This document shows, piece by piece, positions 49,865-51,922 of a DNA stretch of 51,922 bases (position 1 is its first letter; every line of letters starts with the position of its first letter). The stretch is from Octopus bimaculoides (lineage: Eukaryota), in assembly GCF_001194135.2 (NCBI RefSeq), contig NC_069001.1, positions 36,092,721-36,144,642 of the forward strand, given 5' to 3'. The notes under the pieces are model-generated. The model made no database searches. It was not told where the DNA came from and saw only the letters and a list, made by a program, of their open reading frames with translations. The translations under genes and the position numbers were made by a program.

Positions 49865-50215
49865 CTCATTTTCATTACCTCCTCCTCCTACTTCTTCTTC
49901 TCCTCCTCCTCCTCCTCCTTCTTCTTCTTCTTCTTCTTCTTCTTCTTCTTTATCCTCTCCTTTTCCTCCTCCTCTTAATTCTTCTTTGCCTTCATCTTCT
50001 TCTTTGCTTTTTCCTTCGTTTTCTTAATTCTTCTTTTCCTACTTCTTCTTCATCTTATTCGTCTTCTTTTTCTTCATCTTCTTATTCTTCTTTTCCTATT
50101 TCTTCTTCTTCACCTCCTTCCTTGCCTCATCCTTCTTTGTCCTCTTCTTTCCTTTCTTCTTCTTTGCTTTCTTCTTTTTCTTCTGCCTTCTTTGCTGTTT
50201 TCTTCTTCGCCTTTT
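49865..50215 (+). repeat. (CTT)/(CCT)-rich polypyrimidine tract
   Basis: Direct reading. Confidence 0.9.
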
Positions 50216-50644
50216 CTACAAATATTTCTATCTTCTTCATCTTTTTCTTTTGTGACATTCCACTAATCCAAGAACTCCGTTGGCAAGAACCCTTTAAACA
50301 AGGAATAAAATCTCTGTGATGAGATTTCCTTGAAAATGAAAAAAAAAAAAAATTCAAAGAAAATGGAAGAATTTTGTTCACTTTCTTGTTTCACTATTAT
50401 TTCTTTTTCCTTTTCTGTTTTTTCTTCTTTTTTCATCATGTGAGCAAGGGTTTAGACTGAGATGCATTTGAGGGCAGGATTTTCTGGTTGGATGCTCTAC
50501 CTGTCAGCAACCTTTACCTGTTACTTTCCAAGTAATAGATTTCTTTGATTCCACAAGTGTTTGAAAGTGCAGAGCAACAGGTCGTATTGTCAACAAGTAA
50601 CATCAGCATCAGCACCGTTTTACTCACACAGTGATAAGTGTACA

Positions 50645-50865
50645 AGCAGCTGTTTGGCAAGAAGTTTGCTTGCTTCTCAACCACTCAGTTCTGGGTTCAG
50701 TCCCAATGTGTGTCGTCTTGGCCAAGTGTCTTCTATTATAGCCCCGGGCCAACCAAAGAAGATGAAAAACAAAAGTTGGCCTTAGTGGGATTTGAACTCA
50801 GAGAACAGTGAGCCAAAACCTATATGATGGGGCATTCTATCAAATGCTGTATCAACAATTTTCTG
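50645..50865. mobile_element. Family A head (+) abutting a decayed family B head (-)
   Basis: ctgggttcagtccca...ccaagtgtcttctattatagccccgggccaaccaaag, then aaagttggccttagtgggatttgaactcag. Confidence 0.55.
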
Positions 50866-50938
50866 CTGGGGTGGGAGAAAGAGAGAGTAACCTTAGGTGG
50901 GACCTGAATGCTTCCAAAGGAATGACTTCTGCGGAAGG

Positions 50939-50993
<55 letters not shown>

Positions 50994-51000
50994 TAATAAT

Positions 51001-51595
51001 CACCATCATCATCATCACCGTTTAACATCCACTTTCCACGCTGGCATGGGTTGGACAGTTTGACTGAGGACTGGCGAACCAGATGGCTACACAAGGATCC
51101 AATCTGATTTGGCAGGGTTTCTACAGCTGGATGCCCCTCCTAATGCCAACCACTCTGAGAGTGTAGTTGGTGCTTTTACGTGCCACCAGCACGGGTGCTA
51201 GTCAGGTGGCACTGGCATCAGCCATGACTACGATTTCACTTGGTTCGCTTGGTTGTCCTGGCATACAGGCTGTCCCCTACATCCCTCTTCAGCTGTGCAT
51301 CCCTTATCTTGCAAGCTTGTGGGTGCTGGTGTCACATAAAAAAGCACCTGTACCGGGGCTGCATTCAAGCACCCATGCCAATGCTGCGTAAAAGCACCCA
51401 GTCCACTCTGTAAAGCGGTTGGTGTTTAGGAAGGGCATCTGGCCATTGAAACCATGCCAAAACTGACCTAGTACCCAAGCAGCTCTTCGGCTGACCAGCT
51501 CCTGTCAAACTGTCCGACCAATGCCAGCCTGGAAAACGGACGTTAAATGATGATGCTGATGATGATGATGATGATGATGATGATGACGACGATGA
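51001..51595. mobile_element. Two family C copies in inverted, tails-outward orientation (-, 51001-51248; +, 51320-51595)
   Basis: Left: (atc)n gtttaacatccactttcc...; right: ...cctggaaaacggacgttaaa(tga)n. Confidence 0.8.
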
Positions 51596-51922
51596 TGATT
51601 TACCCAGAAACTGGTTAACAACGTTACCTGATTTTGGAAATTATTATTTTTTCACTTTCTATAACATTTCACCATCTTCTCTTTCTCTTCCCAACTTTAT
51701 ACAAATGTTTTGTGAGCCAGGAAAGCAAGGATGAAGTTGTTTTTTTTTAATTATTTTGTCAGTTCCTTATTGACACTTGTTTTCATAACGATTAAAGCAG
51801 TTCGTTTGTTTATTCATTTATTTATTTACTTATTTATTTATTGCTGATTTTCAAGAGTAATACAAAAAAAACCCCCAAAAACGTAAAATTTGAATGGAAA
51901 CATTAAAAAATAAAACAAATCA

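Noticed and set aside
50127-50381. Lys/Glu-rich minus-strand ORF
   Set aside because: It is the reverse complement of the CTT tract, with low complexity and no supporting splice or domain evidence.
1-51922. tRNA genes, CRISPR arrays or prokaryotic systems
   Set aside because: The tRNA-like segments are SINE heads lacking a full cloverleaf. The tandem repeats lack constant repeats with unique spacers, and the DNA is eukaryotic intron.

Overview
Eukaryotic, AT-rich, microsatellite-saturated genomic DNA with 13 N-gaps (about 3.1 kb in total). The repeat landscape suggests an octopod cephalopod, probably Octopus (inference). I found only one credible host coding segment: a 73-nt + strand exon (22559-22631) encoding part of a neuron navigator (NAV/unc-53/sickie)-type calponin-homology domain. 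The rest of the window is therefore probably giant intron. It contains many copies of several SINE-like families (labelled A, B, C, C2, E/E2 and F here). It also contains a mariner 3' remnant, two R4/Dong-like LINE remnants, a Penelope-like ORF start, a TTAA/CCCTT piggyBac-type MITE present as two inverted dimers, and many simple and compound repeats. The most interesting signals are Penelope-type minimal hammerhead ribozyme motifs, the inverted MITE dimers with a conserved spacer, a 42/43-bp hairpin, and a CpG-rich intronic island with a phase-compatible splice donor. Almost all ORFs in the supplied track are microsatellite or gap artefacts. I see no evidence of a new multi-gene system. All family assignments are by eye and from memory, with no database searches run.
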